From positions 4,020,001-4,052,000 of the forward strand of contig NC_009483.1 of the NCBI RefSeq assembly GCF_000016745.1: 32,000 nucleotides of DNA, read 5' to 3'. The position numbers and the translations under genes were made by a program. Source of the DNA: Geotalea uraniireducens Rf4. Its GTDB lineage: Bacteria > Desulfobacterota > Desulfuromonadia > Geobacterales > Geobacteraceae. Of this stretch, positions 7,986 through 16,967 are shown in pieces (the first letter of the stretch is position 1; every line of letters begins with the position of its first letter). The notes under the pieces are model-generated. The model saw only the letters and a program-made list of their open reading frames with translations. It searched no databases and was not told the origin of the DNA.

Positions 7986-10900
7986 TTATTTTACGGTGCT
8001 CCATTTCTTGGACGCCTTGAAGTGGCACCTCACGTTGAAACAGCTGCCGGTCGCATTGGCCCCGCCGTCGAGGAGGACGCCGCTGTACTGGTTCGGTCCC
8101 AGTGGCAGCAACGGATTGAATTTATAACGGTCCGCCAAATCGATGGTGATCTTGCTCGGTGCAATCGGCAGCAGCATGGTGTGCGTGGCGGGACTGAACG
8201 AACCGTTGCCGTGGCATGGGGTACAATTGGCCCATCCTTCCGAAGGACGTGCCGTTTTCTTCACATGGCGCGGGAAGAGGTGGGCGCCCCCCCCTCCCGG
8301 ATAATCCTCGGCCCTGGCGCTGGAGTAATTCCCATGGGTGCCGACGAAACCGGCGGGAGCAGGCGGATATCCGTGACACGCGTCGCAATCGGCAGTCGGC
8401 CTGAATGCGTCGATGGTCGAACCTCCCGTATGGCTATGACAACTGGTGCAGCGGACGCCGGCGTTGTGCCCGTCGCCGCTCGTCTGGGTGTAGTGATTGG
8501 TCGTGGTATGGCAGGCATTGCAGACGCCGTTGAAGGGGGCCGCACTGTCCGCGTAGTCGGTGCCGGTCGGGGTCGCCGACAGCGTGAAGGTTACGCTCTG
8601 GGAGCTCTGGGTCGTCGGAGCGCCCGTGGCCGCAGAGGAGGCCACCGCCACCAGAGAGCGGATCATGAGCTGGTTGGTATTGCCGGTGCCGTGCGGTTCG
8701 TGGCAGTCCCAGCAGTATTGCCCGCCGGAAAGGGTGCTGGTGTGTTTTGCGCCAAAGTGGGAGGAGCCGACCTTGCCGGCGCTGGAAGCGTTCCGGCTCA
8801 CGCCGCCGACCGTCACCCCCGCAGATCCCAAGGCGTGGCAGAGCATGCAGACGCCGTTTTTACCCCAGGTGGCGTCCGCCAGGTTGCGCAGACGGAACGG
8901 GTTGGTGGAAACATAATGGGCGATGGTCGAGTCGTGACACCATTCGCAGTAGCTGGCGACGCCGGTGAAGTTGGCCGGCGGGTTGCCGGAGCCGGCGTAG
9001 TTGCCGGACGCGGTCGGGCGGCCGTGACCGTTGTCCGCCCACGACCCGGTGCCGGTCATCTTGAACTTGGAGACGGAGCCGTTGTTCCAGAAGGTGGCGC
9101 CGAAATCGGACACCGAGGCGCTTGCCGCGTTGCCGTGGCAATCCTGGCAGTTGACTGCTGTAACGCCCCACTGGACTGGATTGCCGCCGTGACAGGCGAC
9201 GTTGTTGCAGGTCCCGGCAGCCCACGTGGCCGTCGTCCCGGCTTTGGCTGCGTTGAAGTAGACGTTCGGCGTGCCGTTCAGGTGGTACGAAACAGCCGAG
9301 TAGTCCTTGAACTTGCCGGCGGCGGTCATGCTCGCGCTCTTCACGTGGCAGTTCGAGCAGACGGTGGTGTCGGCTGCACCGGCGACGTGTTTTGAGTGGC
9401 TGTTCGCGGTCGCACTGCCCGCTCCCCCGTTGGCATAATCAGGTGCGCCGATGGCGGAGCTGGTGCCGTGGCAGCCGTTGCAGCCATAGGTGATAGCGGA
9501 GTTCCAGGCAGCCGGGTTGGCGTAGACGATTGCTCCCGGATTGCCGTTGCTGTGGCAGTAGATAGAGAAGCACTGCCTGGTGCTGCGGTTGTATTTTGCG
9601 TTCCCCCCGGCCCTCGCGCCGGTGTAGTCGATAAATTTATTGATATGCCTGCTTTTGTCGCTGATGGTGGTGTTGCCGGCAGCCGTCCTGGCGTGGCAGT
9701 CGATGCAGTTGAGACCGTTGCCGAGTCCAATGATCGGGTTGCCGGCCGGGTTCATGTGCTTGTCGTGCTTGCCGGAAAGCCGGGTTGCGGTCGCACCGGT
9801 CTGCTTGGTGTCGTGGCATTGTACGCAGGTGCCGCTGCCGGCGGTGGTTGACCATGATACCGCCGTGAGGCCGTTGCTCCCCTGGCCGTTGCTGTGACAG
9901 TAGGTCGTGTTGCATCCACCGCCGCCGTTGGTCCATTTGAAACCGTTGTCGGTACCTTGGGTAGTGCCATAGGTGTAGCTCCCCTTGCGGGTGTTGGTGG
10001 TAAAGCCGTAAAACACTTCGGCTGCCCCCACCGCATTGGCAGGCCCTCCGGCATGGGTGGCCTTGCCCGCGCCTGAAGCGTGGCAGGACGAACAGGTGAA
10101 GCGATAGGCGGTTGCGCTGCTCACGTTGCCGGAGAAGTTGACGAATCTGGTCGGCAGCGCCGTGCCGGCATAGTGGATGCCGTGGGCGCCTGGAAGGGCG
10201 TTGTTGGCGGAATGGCACGCGTTGCAGGCCAGCGACGGCGCCCCCCATGGCGCCGAGGCCGCCGCACCGTGACAGTATGTGGCGGAACAGGTGGAGCCGT
10301 TCCAGCTGCCGGTGCTCCCCCCTATCGGCTTGAAGATCACGTTCGGCGTTCTGTTCAGGTGGTAACTGCCGGCGGTGTAGTCCTTGAACGCCCCGGCTCT
10401 GGTCTGGCTGACGGTCTTGGCATGGCAGTTTGCGCACCCCCTGGTGTCGATTATGCCTGCCCCGGCAACGTGCTTCGGATGGCTGTTTGCGGTCGTAGTC
10501 CCGGCTCCGCCATTGGCATAGTCCGGTGCGCCGGTTGTGGTGGAAGTGCCGTGGCAGCCGTTACACCCCATGGTCGCAGTGCTGCTCCAGGCAGGCGGGT
10601 TGACGGACACCAGGCTGCCCGGATTGCCGTTACTATGACAGTAGAGGTTGGTGCAGAGTTTGGTGGAGGCATTGTAATTCGCACTGCCACGGGCTTTTGC
10701 GCCGGAATAATCCACGAATCCGTTATTATGGTTGGCCGGGTTGGATATGGTCCGGTTGGCGCTCACGGTCTTGGCGTGACATTCGACACAGCCGAAATTG
10801 TTGCCGAGCCCGAGAATTGTGGGGTTGTTGACATGGGCGGTATGTTTACCCGTTGCAATGGCACTGGCGCTGGTGCTGTCGCCGCCGTGGCAACCGGTGC

Positions 10901-12359
10901 AGTCGGTCGGGAGCGTCCCCCCCCATACCGGCGCACTGGTCCCGTGGCAGGAGGTGGCCGAACAGCTCTTGGTCCCGGCGGCCCAGGTGGCGCCGCTCCC
11001 CGCCTTGGCGCTGTTGAAGGTCACGTCGATGGCGCCGTTGTTATGGAGTACCGAGCCTGCCGCGATGGCCGCGCCGGTGCTGGTCGTGCCGTTGTGGCAG
11101 GTGGCGCAGTCGGCGGCTGACGTCACATGCTTGGGATGGCTGTTGGCCAGGACTGCGGCAGCGCCGGCATTTGCGTAGTCGGGCGCGCCGGTTGTGGTGG
11201 AAGCGCCGTGGCAGCCGTTGCACCCAATGGCGGCGCCGGTCCAGGCGGGCGCGACTGGTTGCGGGGCGGTCGCTTTGCCTGCGCTATGACAGGTGGTGGC
11301 TGAACAGGTCTTGGTCCCGGCGTTATAGGTCCCGCCGCCGACAAATGCCACTGTTTTGCTTCCATCCACGTGGCTGGCAATCCCGGTGATCAACCGGTCG
11401 TTCCCCACGCTGACGGTGCTGCTGTGGCAGCGGGCGCACTCCAGGTTGGTGCCGAGGAAGGCAGTCTGGTTGATGTGCTTGGGGTGCAGGCCGCTGGCAA
11501 TGACCGTGGCCGCCGAGGCGTTCCCGCCATGGCAGCCGGAGCAGTCCGCAGGGAGCGTGCTCCCCCAGACCGCGGCGGTTTTGGGTGCGCCGCCGATGCC
11601 GTCGCTGTGGCAGTACAGGGACGAACAGGTCCCGTTGCGGAGCGGATTCCGGCTCGGCAGGTAGCCGGGATATGTCACGTTGCCCGAATAGCTGCCGCCG
11701 CTGTTGGGTGGGGCGCCGAATACGATGATGAGACCCCTTTTACCAACGCTGGTGGCGTGGGCGAAGGGCTTGGCTTCCGCTGTATGGTCCGCATGGCATT
11801 TTATGCAGGAGCCTGCGCCGGCCCCGTAATAGTCGCCATGCTTCTTGCCCGGCCCGCTCAGGGACGGATGGTTGCCGTCGCCCGGTGGGGCGCTGTGGCA
11901 GGTGCTGCACCCGGTGGGGGACGTGAGTGGCGCTGACGCCCACGGCGGGGTGACCGCTTCGAAGTGGCAGTTGACATTGGAACAGGTCCCCATCACGGGG
12001 ATGGTGGTCTGGTTGAAGAATACCCCTTTGCTGTAGGTGGCTGTGGCAGGCGAGTTGAAGATGTTGGAAGACAGCTCGATCACCTCGTCCATGTGGTCCT
12101 CGGTGTAGGTGCGGCTCCCGGTGTGACAGATCTCGCAGTTGGAAGGCAGGGCAACTGCCGGCTGGTGGGTCTGGTGGCTCCCCCTGAAACCGCCGGTGGT
12201 GACGTTGCGGTAGAGCGCATCAATGGGTGGCATGCCATGACAGTCGGAGCAGGTGGAAGCCGCCTCAGCCGGGGCCGAGGAAACCAGCAAAGCTCCCAGG
12301 GCAAAGAAGATCGTCAAAACAGGTCTCTGCACATATCCCATGCCATGTGTCATTCTCAT
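7986..12359 (-). CDS. Secreted multiheme c-type cytochrome, 1457 aa (hand count 26 CXXCH + 10 CX4CH)
   Basis: AGGAGG lies upstream of ATG 12359, followed by a signal peptide. A roughly 190-aa heme supermodule is repeated. The C-terminal CDACHGYPP...CFNVRCHFKASKKWSTVK domain is shared with the upstream cytochrome. Confidence 0.9.
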   Translation of the reverse strand: MRMTHGMGYVQRPVLTIFFALGALLVSSAPAEAASTCSDCHGMPPIDALYRNVTTGGFRGSHQTHQPAVALPSNCEICHTGSRTYTEDHMDEVIELSSNIFNSPATATYSKGVFFNQTTIPVMGTCSNVNCHFEAVTPPWASAPLTSPTGCSTCHSAPPGDGNHPSLSGPGKKHGDYYGAGAGSCIKCHADHTAEAKPFAHATSVGKRGLIIVFGAPPNSGGSYSGNVTYPGYLPSRNPLRNGTCSSLYCHSDGIGGAPKTAAVWGSTLPADCSGCHGGNASAATVIASGLHPKHINQTAFLGTNLECARCHSSTVSVGNDRLITGIASHVDGSKTVAFVGGGTYNAGTKTCSATTCHSAGKATAPQPVAPAWTGAAIGCNGCHGASTTTGAPDYANAGAAAVLANSHPKHVTSAADCATCHNGTTSTGAAIAAGSVLHNNGAIDVTFNSAKAGSGATWAAGTKSCSATSCHGTSAPVWGGTLPTDCTGCHGGDSTSASAIATGKHTAHVNNPTILGLGNNFGCVECHAKTVSANRTISNPANHNNGFVDYSGAKARGSANYNASTKLCTNLYCHSNGNPGSLVSVNPPAWSSTATMGCNGCHGTSTTTGAPDYANGGAGTTTANSHPKHVAGAGIIDTRGCANCHAKTVSQTRAGAFKDYTAGSYHLNRTPNVIFKPIGGSTGSWNGSTCSATYCHGAAASAPWGAPSLACNACHSANNALPGAHGIHYAGTALPTRFVNFSGNVSSATAYRFTCSSCHASGAGKATHAGGPANAVGAAEVFYGFTTNTRKGSYTYGTTQGTDNGFKWTNGGGGCNTTYCHSNGQGSNGLTAVSWSTTAGSGTCVQCHDTKQTGATATRLSGKHDKHMNPAGNPIIGLGNGLNCIDCHARTAAGNTTISDKSRHINKFIDYTGARAGGNAKYNRSTRQCFSIYCHSNGNPGAIVYANPAAWNSAITYGCNGCHGTSSAIGAPDYANGGAGSATANSHSKHVAGAADTTVCSNCHVKSASMTAAGKFKDYSAVSYHLNGTPNVYFNAAKAGTTATWAAGTCNNVACHGGNPVQWGVTAVNCQDCHGNAASASVSDFGATFWNNGSVSKFKMTGTGSWADNGHGRPTASGNYAGSGNPPANFTGVASYCEWCHDSTIAHYVSTNPFRLRNLADATWGKNGVCMLCHALGSAGVTVGGVSRNASSAGKVGSSHFGAKHTSTLSGGQYCWDCHEPHGTGNTNQLMIRSLVAVASSAATGAPTTQSSQSVTFTLSATPTGTDYADSAAPFNGVCNACHTTTNHYTQTSGDGHNAGVRCTSCHSHTGGSTIDAFRPTADCDACHGYPPAPAGFVGTHGNYSSARAEDYPGGGGAHLFPRHVKKTARPSEGWANCTPCHGNGSFSPATHTMLLPIAPSKITIDLADRYKFNPLLPLGPNQYSGVLLDGGANATGSCFNVRCHFKASKKWSTVK
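10954..11783. repeat. 830-bp direct repeat, copy 2 (identical to 6503-7332)
   Basis: See copy 1. The offset is exactly 4,451 bp and the orientation is the same. Confidence 0.9.
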
Positions 12360-12446
12360 GTCCGCCTCCTTACGATGTGCTGTTCGTTTATCGTATAAGT
12401 TTACAGATCATGCGGCGTTGACTTTCAGGTTCGGATTGCTGCTCCC

Positions 12447-15400
12447 TTATTTCACGGTGCTCCATTTCTTGGACGGCTTGAAGTGGCACTTCACGTTGGT
12501 ACAGCTGCCGGTCGCATTGGCCCCGCCGTCGAGGAGGATGCCGCTGTACCACCCCGGCCCCAGTTGCAGCAACGGATTGAACTTGTAACGGTCCGCCACG
12601 TCGATGGTGATCCTGCTCGGCGTAACCGGCAGCACCATGGTGTGCGTGGCGGGACTGAGCGAGCCGTGGCTGTGGCATTGGGCACAGTTGGCCCATCCTT
12701 CCGATGGACGCGCCGTTTTCTTCACGTGGCGCGGGAAGAGGTGGGCGCCCCCCCCTCCCGGATAATCCTCGGCCCTGGCGCTGGAGTAATTCCCATGGGT
12801 ACCGACGAAACCGACCGACGCCGGCGGATATCCGTGACAGGTATCACAGGCGCCGCTGGGTTGGAAGGCGAAAGCAGCCTTGTGGTTGTGGCATGACAGG
12901 CAGAACCCGGTCGGGTGGCCGTCCGGCGCCTGGCCCGCCCGGTAGTGGTTGGTTGCCGTGTGACAGGCCTGGCAAAGCCCGTCGAACGGGGGAACGGTTT
13001 TGACGAATCCGCTCGACAGGCTGGTGAAGCTGATGACTTTGCCGTTGATGGAGGTCTTGACCATGGAGAGGTTTGTCGTGCCATGGATATCGTGACACGA
13101 TTTACAGTCGCTCACGGCGGCTCCCCCCTTGACGAGCACGTGGGAGACCATCTTCTGTCTGGCGGGTGTCGGCACTTTGCCGGCGTCGTTATGACAGGAG
13201 GCGCAGAGACTGTTGTCGTCGGGGAGTGAAAGTCGTTTGTAACCCCCCAGCTTGCCGGAGATGTGCGGACTGTCCTGGTCATGGCAGGAGGTGCACTGGT
13301 TGCTGGCGGGAAACCGGCCGTGACCGGTCACGCCGAAGTTCGCCTTATAAGGCGCAGCCACGCCATTGGGAAGCACGGAGGGGAGTGCGGCATGGCAGGA
13401 GGTGCAGACAAGGCGGGTTGCAATCGTCCATGGAGGAATGGCCGCCGGGTGGCAGTTGGCGCAGGCGGAACCGGCGCCGGCAACCGCATCGACAGTGCCG
13501 TTGACATGGGTGGGGGCGGTATCGGTCGTATAGACATGGCAATTCTGGCAGACCGAGGGGTAGAGCGTGCCGAAATTCGGACCGTAGGGGGTGGTGAAGT
13601 GGGCGTTATGGGCATTGGTTGCCGGGACCGCGGCATGGCATGAACCGCAGGCCCCGCTTGCGGCGTTGAGCCAGTTCGGGGCCGTTAATGGAGCACCACC
13701 GCTACCGTCGCTGTGACACTTGCCGCCGGTACAGGTTGCGGCTGCCTCGTTCCAGACCGTGGCGGACGTCAATGGATCGGCAGTACTGAACACGACCGTT
13801 TTAACGCCATCAACATGCCTGGTCATGTCGGAGATGGTCGTATTGCTTGCAACAGTCGCGGCATGACAGGAGATGCAGCCGTACCCCCGGCTCAGGTGCT
13901 TGCCGTGCACGTTGCTGGTCGGTAAAGCCTCGTGACACATGCCGCATTCTCCAACAACGCCGGCTATGGTCCCCTTGCCGTTCGGCCAGACGACCGTCTG
14001 ATAAGTCAGCGTGCCGCCCCGCGGCGCGCCGTTGCTGTGACAGTAGACCGTGTTGCACGATCTGGCGGCCGGATCATATGCGGCGCCCGGTCCGGCGACA
14101 ATGCCGCTCTTGTCCATGAAGACATCCTGAAACGTCCCCGAGTTATGGGTATTCCCCTTGTGACACTCGTTGCAGGCATAACTGTTCGGCGCCCCGCCGG
14201 CATGGCTTGCGTGGGGCGTCCGCGATTCGTCGCTGAACGACGGCCGGGTGCTGTAAGCCGCCGCATATCCGTCAGGCCCCGCCGGCGTGTTGCTCTTCGG
14301 CGGATATCCGTGACATGAGGTGCATCCCCCTGCTACTGCCGAAAAAGCGCCCGTCGGATTGTTATGGAAATGACAGCCGTTGCAGACGCCGGCCGGTGCC
14401 GTAGCGAGGCTGTGCTCCGACGGGTAGCTGCCGCCGGTCGGGACCGCATGGCAGGCCTGGCAGACGCCGGTACCGTTCGCATCCTTGTAATTTCCGGCCG
14501 TAACCGAGGTGTATTGGAACAGCACCTTTCGGTTCCTCACCGAGCCGGAAGCGGTGGACACGTTCATATACCGCCTGACCAGATATGTATTGGCAACGGT
14601 CCCGTCTGCCAGGTCCACGTGGCCGGCGTGGCAGTCGGCGCACTGGACATTCTGGCTCCTGCCATTGTGATTCTGCTTGATATGGCAGTTGGTGCAGATG
14701 TTGGGGGCAGCCGCCGTTGCCCCTCGCAAATCAGTGCGCAGCAGGTAACCGGCGGAAGGTTTGAGCTTGTTGTATGTGGAATAGCCGTCAAAGGTCGAGC
14801 TGTCGGAATCGGCATAATGGACACCGTGACAGGTTGTACAGAGGACCGTTCCGCCCGCGAGCTTCATGGCAGAGGTTGGGTTGGAGGGGTTGCTGTTGAG
14901 CGGCGGGTTGTTGAATTCCGCCGGCTTGATTTTCACGAGCGAAGCGGCGCTCGTGTAATTGAAGTTGACCGGATGGGTGCCGACGGTATGGTCGATGGTG
15001 TTTCTGACCCGGTGGCAGTCAAGGCACATCTGGTCCCTGTCATTTGCCATGCGGAGGAACGGTCGGAAGATTTGAAGATGGGGATTATGACAGCGTGAAC
15101 AGGCGATCGTACCGACCGTCATGAGGGGGCCGGAAGCGCCGGAATTCAGCGCCTGACTCAAAGGCGGAAGCGCACCCGCTGCGGGAAGGTTGTCGGAGCC
15201 GACCCAGTTATGGGAGGTCTGATATAAGACTCCGGTCCGTACCGTCGGAAAGGTATGGAAAGGATCGGCGGCATCAACCGGGGTAAAAGGCTTCTTTCCC
15301 CCCTTGGCGATCCCCGGCCTGTGGCAGGTAAGGCAGACGTTAATCAGGCCCGCGCTGCCCAGGGTTTCCTGAATCGTATGACAAGTTGAACAGGTATAGC

Positions 15401-15500
15401 CGTTGCTCGGATCGTGGGGCGGATCGACTGCCAAAACCCCGACTGGGAAGAGTACCACGAGGATAGCGGCAAGAAGCTGGTAAACGACTGATCTTTTCAT
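12447..15500 (-). CDS. Secreted multiheme c-type cytochrome, 1017 aa (hand count 24 CXXCH + 3 CX4CH)
   Basis: I set the start at ATG 15500 (MKRSVVYQLLAAILVVLFPVGVLA), which has GGGAG 6 nt upstream. The N-terminal part has paired CXXCH..H motifs (CSRCHNPH...CLDCH, CTTCHGVH, CADCHAGH). The C-terminal 135 aa are about 90 percent identical to the C-terminus of the 1457-aa protein. Confidence 0.9.
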   Translation of the reverse strand: MKRSVVYQLLAAILVVLFPVGVLAVDPPHDPSNGYTCSTCHTIQETLGSAGLINVCLTCHRPGIAKGGKKPFTPVDAADPFHTFPTVRTGVLYQTSHNWVGSDNLPAAGALPPLSQALNSGASGPLMTVGTIACSRCHNPHLQIFRPFLRMANDRDQMCLDCHRVRNTIDHTVGTHPVNFNYTSAASLVKIKPAEFNNPPLNSNPSNPTSAMKLAGGTVLCTTCHGVHYADSDSSTFDGYSTYNKLKPSAGYLLRTDLRGATAAAPNICTNCHIKQNHNGRSQNVQCADCHAGHVDLADGTVANTYLVRRYMNVSTASGSVRNRKVLFQYTSVTAGNYKDANGTGVCQACHAVPTGGSYPSEHSLATAPAGVCNGCHFHNNPTGAFSAVAGGCTSCHGYPPKSNTPAGPDGYAAAYSTRPSFSDESRTPHASHAGGAPNSYACNECHKGNTHNSGTFQDVFMDKSGIVAGPGAAYDPAARSCNTVYCHSNGAPRGGTLTYQTVVWPNGKGTIAGVVGECGMCHEALPTSNVHGKHLSRGYGCISCHAATVASNTTISDMTRHVDGVKTVVFSTADPLTSATVWNEAAATCTGGKCHSDGSGGAPLTAPNWLNAASGACGSCHAAVPATNAHNAHFTTPYGPNFGTLYPSVCQNCHVYTTDTAPTHVNGTVDAVAGAGSACANCHPAAIPPWTIATRLVCTSCHAALPSVLPNGVAAPYKANFGVTGHGRFPASNQCTSCHDQDSPHISGKLGGYKRLSLPDDNSLCASCHNDAGKVPTPARQKMVSHVLVKGGAAVSDCKSCHDIHGTTNLSMVKTSINGKVISFTSLSSGFVKTVPPFDGLCQACHTATNHYRAGQAPDGHPTGFCLSCHNHKAAFAFQPSGACDTCHGYPPASVGFVGTHGNYSSARAEDYPGGGGAHLFPRHVKKTARPSEGWANCAQCHSHGSLSPATHTMVLPVTPSRITIDVADRYKFNPLLQLGPGWYSGILLDGGANATGSCTNVKCHFKPSKKWSTVK

Positions 15501-15620
15501 GCCAAACTCCCGGGAGCACAAATACTTCAGCTATCTGCATGGAAGGGCCAATGGCGATACCATCTTTGCAGGCTTTTCGAATTTATTGCATCAGGGTAAA
15601 GACTGGCAATTACAAGAACC

Positions 15621-15651
15621 CGTTTCCGTCACGCAGGGCGTGACGGAAACG
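15621..15651 (-). terminator. Stem-loop downstream of the lipoprotein gene and upstream of the cytochrome operon
   Basis: CGTTTCCGTCACG / CGTGACGGAAACG forms a 13-bp perfect stem with a 5-nt loop. On the minus strand it is followed by GGTTCTTGTAATT, which is only moderately U-rich. Confidence 0.5.
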
Positions 15652-15714
15652 TTCGATCCAACAGTTTCTCAAGCTTGGTCCGTCGTCAGACCGGTTTTCA
15701 TGCCTCCTCCTGCA

Positions 15715-16908
15715 TCACATGACCGTCAGGGCGGGTGTAAGACCGCTGATGGGGGCGCCGTTCTGGTCAACGACAGGCCCGAAAGAAATCACAACGAATT
15801 GGGATGGAGTGGGGACGTTAACCCCGGCAGCCACATCGCAGTTTATGGTCACGAATTCACCCACGCCGAAACCCGAAGAGCTGATGAGGGCCAACGTCAC
15901 CGTGCCCGGGACTGCACCAGATGCGGGTACGTATTTTGCGGCAACAAACGACCCGGTCGCCGCTGCACCCGACGCGGTTACGACCCCGGCAAGGGGTTGA
16001 CCGTTGGAGAAGTCGGCCCTCAATGTCACGCCGGTGGGAAGGCTGAATGTCGCCTCCAGCCCTCCGATGAGGGTGCCGGGAGAGAGGGTGCCGACGGTGC
16101 TCAGCTTGACGACCGCACTGAGGCCGCCGATGCCGGCAAGATTCGTCTGGTTGATGTCGGTTACGCCGGTCTGGTTGTTCGGACCGGAGAGGAACGCGGT
16201 CACTGCATCCGTCAGGGCGGTGGCGGATGCAACCGAAAGGTTGCCTGCGTTATTGATGTCATTGCTCAATGGGGCCAATGCGGCCTGCAATCCGCCCGAC
16301 GTCCTTGCCAATTGGGAAATTCCGGCCAGAAGGATGGTGTAGTCCTTCTGGGACTGGCTTGCAGCGGCAAAGGCAGTTGCAGATGGTTCAACCGGCTTGG
16401 TTGCGATGATGTCCACCATGAACAAATCCGTCACCAATGCATTGGCCGACGTGATCGCGGTTGGCGGCAGGGACGTGTCACCCGCCTTCACCACGGCAAG
16501 TTCGGTGATCGGCGTGACGGATACGGAGACGTTCCCGCTCGCACCGGCAACTGCCGCCCTCAGCGGCATCGGCAGGGGAACGGGGGAGGCGGATGACGAA
16601 GCAGACTCGTCCTTGTATGTCCCTCCGGTCACCCGAACGAGGAGGGCTCCCGAATAGGGACCTACACTTACGCTATAGCTCCCGTCAGCGTTGGTCGATC
16701 CAGTCCCTATGGGTACAGCGCCGACTGCGCCGCTCTGGTCCACGGCAAAGACGTTCACCGTTCCTCCGTTGATCAACCCCTTTGCGGCTACTCCGCTTAC
16801 CACCGTGGCGGGGGGTGCGGGAGTTCCGCCACCTCCGCCACCGCAGCCCCATATCGTCGAGGCGACGATAAGAGAAAATGTCAGGCCGAAAAGTTTAGTA
16901 ATTTTCAT
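15715..16908 (-). CDS. Lipoprotein of unknown function (397 aa), Gly/Ala/Thr/Ser-rich
   Basis: The lipobox is ASTIWGC, followed by a GGGGGG linker. The N-terminal GLINGGTVNVFAVD...TNADGSYSV resembles a carboxypeptidase-regulatory-like beta-sandwich. I recognise no other family. Confidence 0.7.
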   Translation of the reverse strand: MKITKLFGLTFSLIVASTIWGCGGGGGGTPAPPATVVSGVAAKGLINGGTVNVFAVDQSGAVGAVPIGTGSTNADGSYSVSVGPYSGALLVRVTGGTYKDESASSSASPVPLPMPLRAAVAGASGNVSVSVTPITELAVVKAGDTSLPPTAITSANALVTDLFMVDIIATKPVEPSATAFAAASQSQKDYTILLAGISQLARTSGGLQAALAPLSNDINNAGNLSVASATALTDAVTAFLSGPNNQTGVTDINQTNLAGIGGLSAVVKLSTVGTLSPGTLIGGLEATFSLPTGVTLRADFSNGQPLAGVVTASGAAATGSFVAAKYVPASGAVPGTVTLALISSSGFGVGEFVTINCDVAAGVNVPTPSQFVVISFGPVVDQNGAPISGLTPALTVM

Positions 16909-16967
16909 AGCGCGTCACCTTTTGTAACAATGAAAGCCGATTAGTACCAATCTTCTGAAAGATCAAG

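Noticed and set aside
8400-12250. The periodic DNA repeats in the cytochrome genes as a possible CRISPR or tandem-repeat array
   Set aside because: The repeat units are hundreds of bp long, protein-coding, in frame and divergent. There are no short identical repeats separated by unique spacers.
15536-15551. Sigma-54-like -24/-12 element (TTGGCCCTTCCATGCA on the minus strand) upstream of the first cytochrome gene
   Set aside because: The GG-to-GC spacing is one nucleotide shorter than the strict TGGCAC-N5-TTGC geometry, and the flanking consensus bases are poor.
3981-16596. Very long plus-strand ORFs (for example 3981-5147 at 388 aa, 5662-6669 at 335 aa, 7896-9395 at 499 aa, 10080-11120 at 346 aa, 14364-15098 at 244 aa and 15499-16596 at 365 aa), plus many shorter ones on both strands
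   Set aside because: They lie antisense or out of frame to strongly supported minus-strand genes in high-GC DNA, where stop codons are rare. Their translations are low-complexity Arg/Gly/Ala/Pro strings with no motifs. They also duplicate only because the underlying cytochrome DNA is duplicated.
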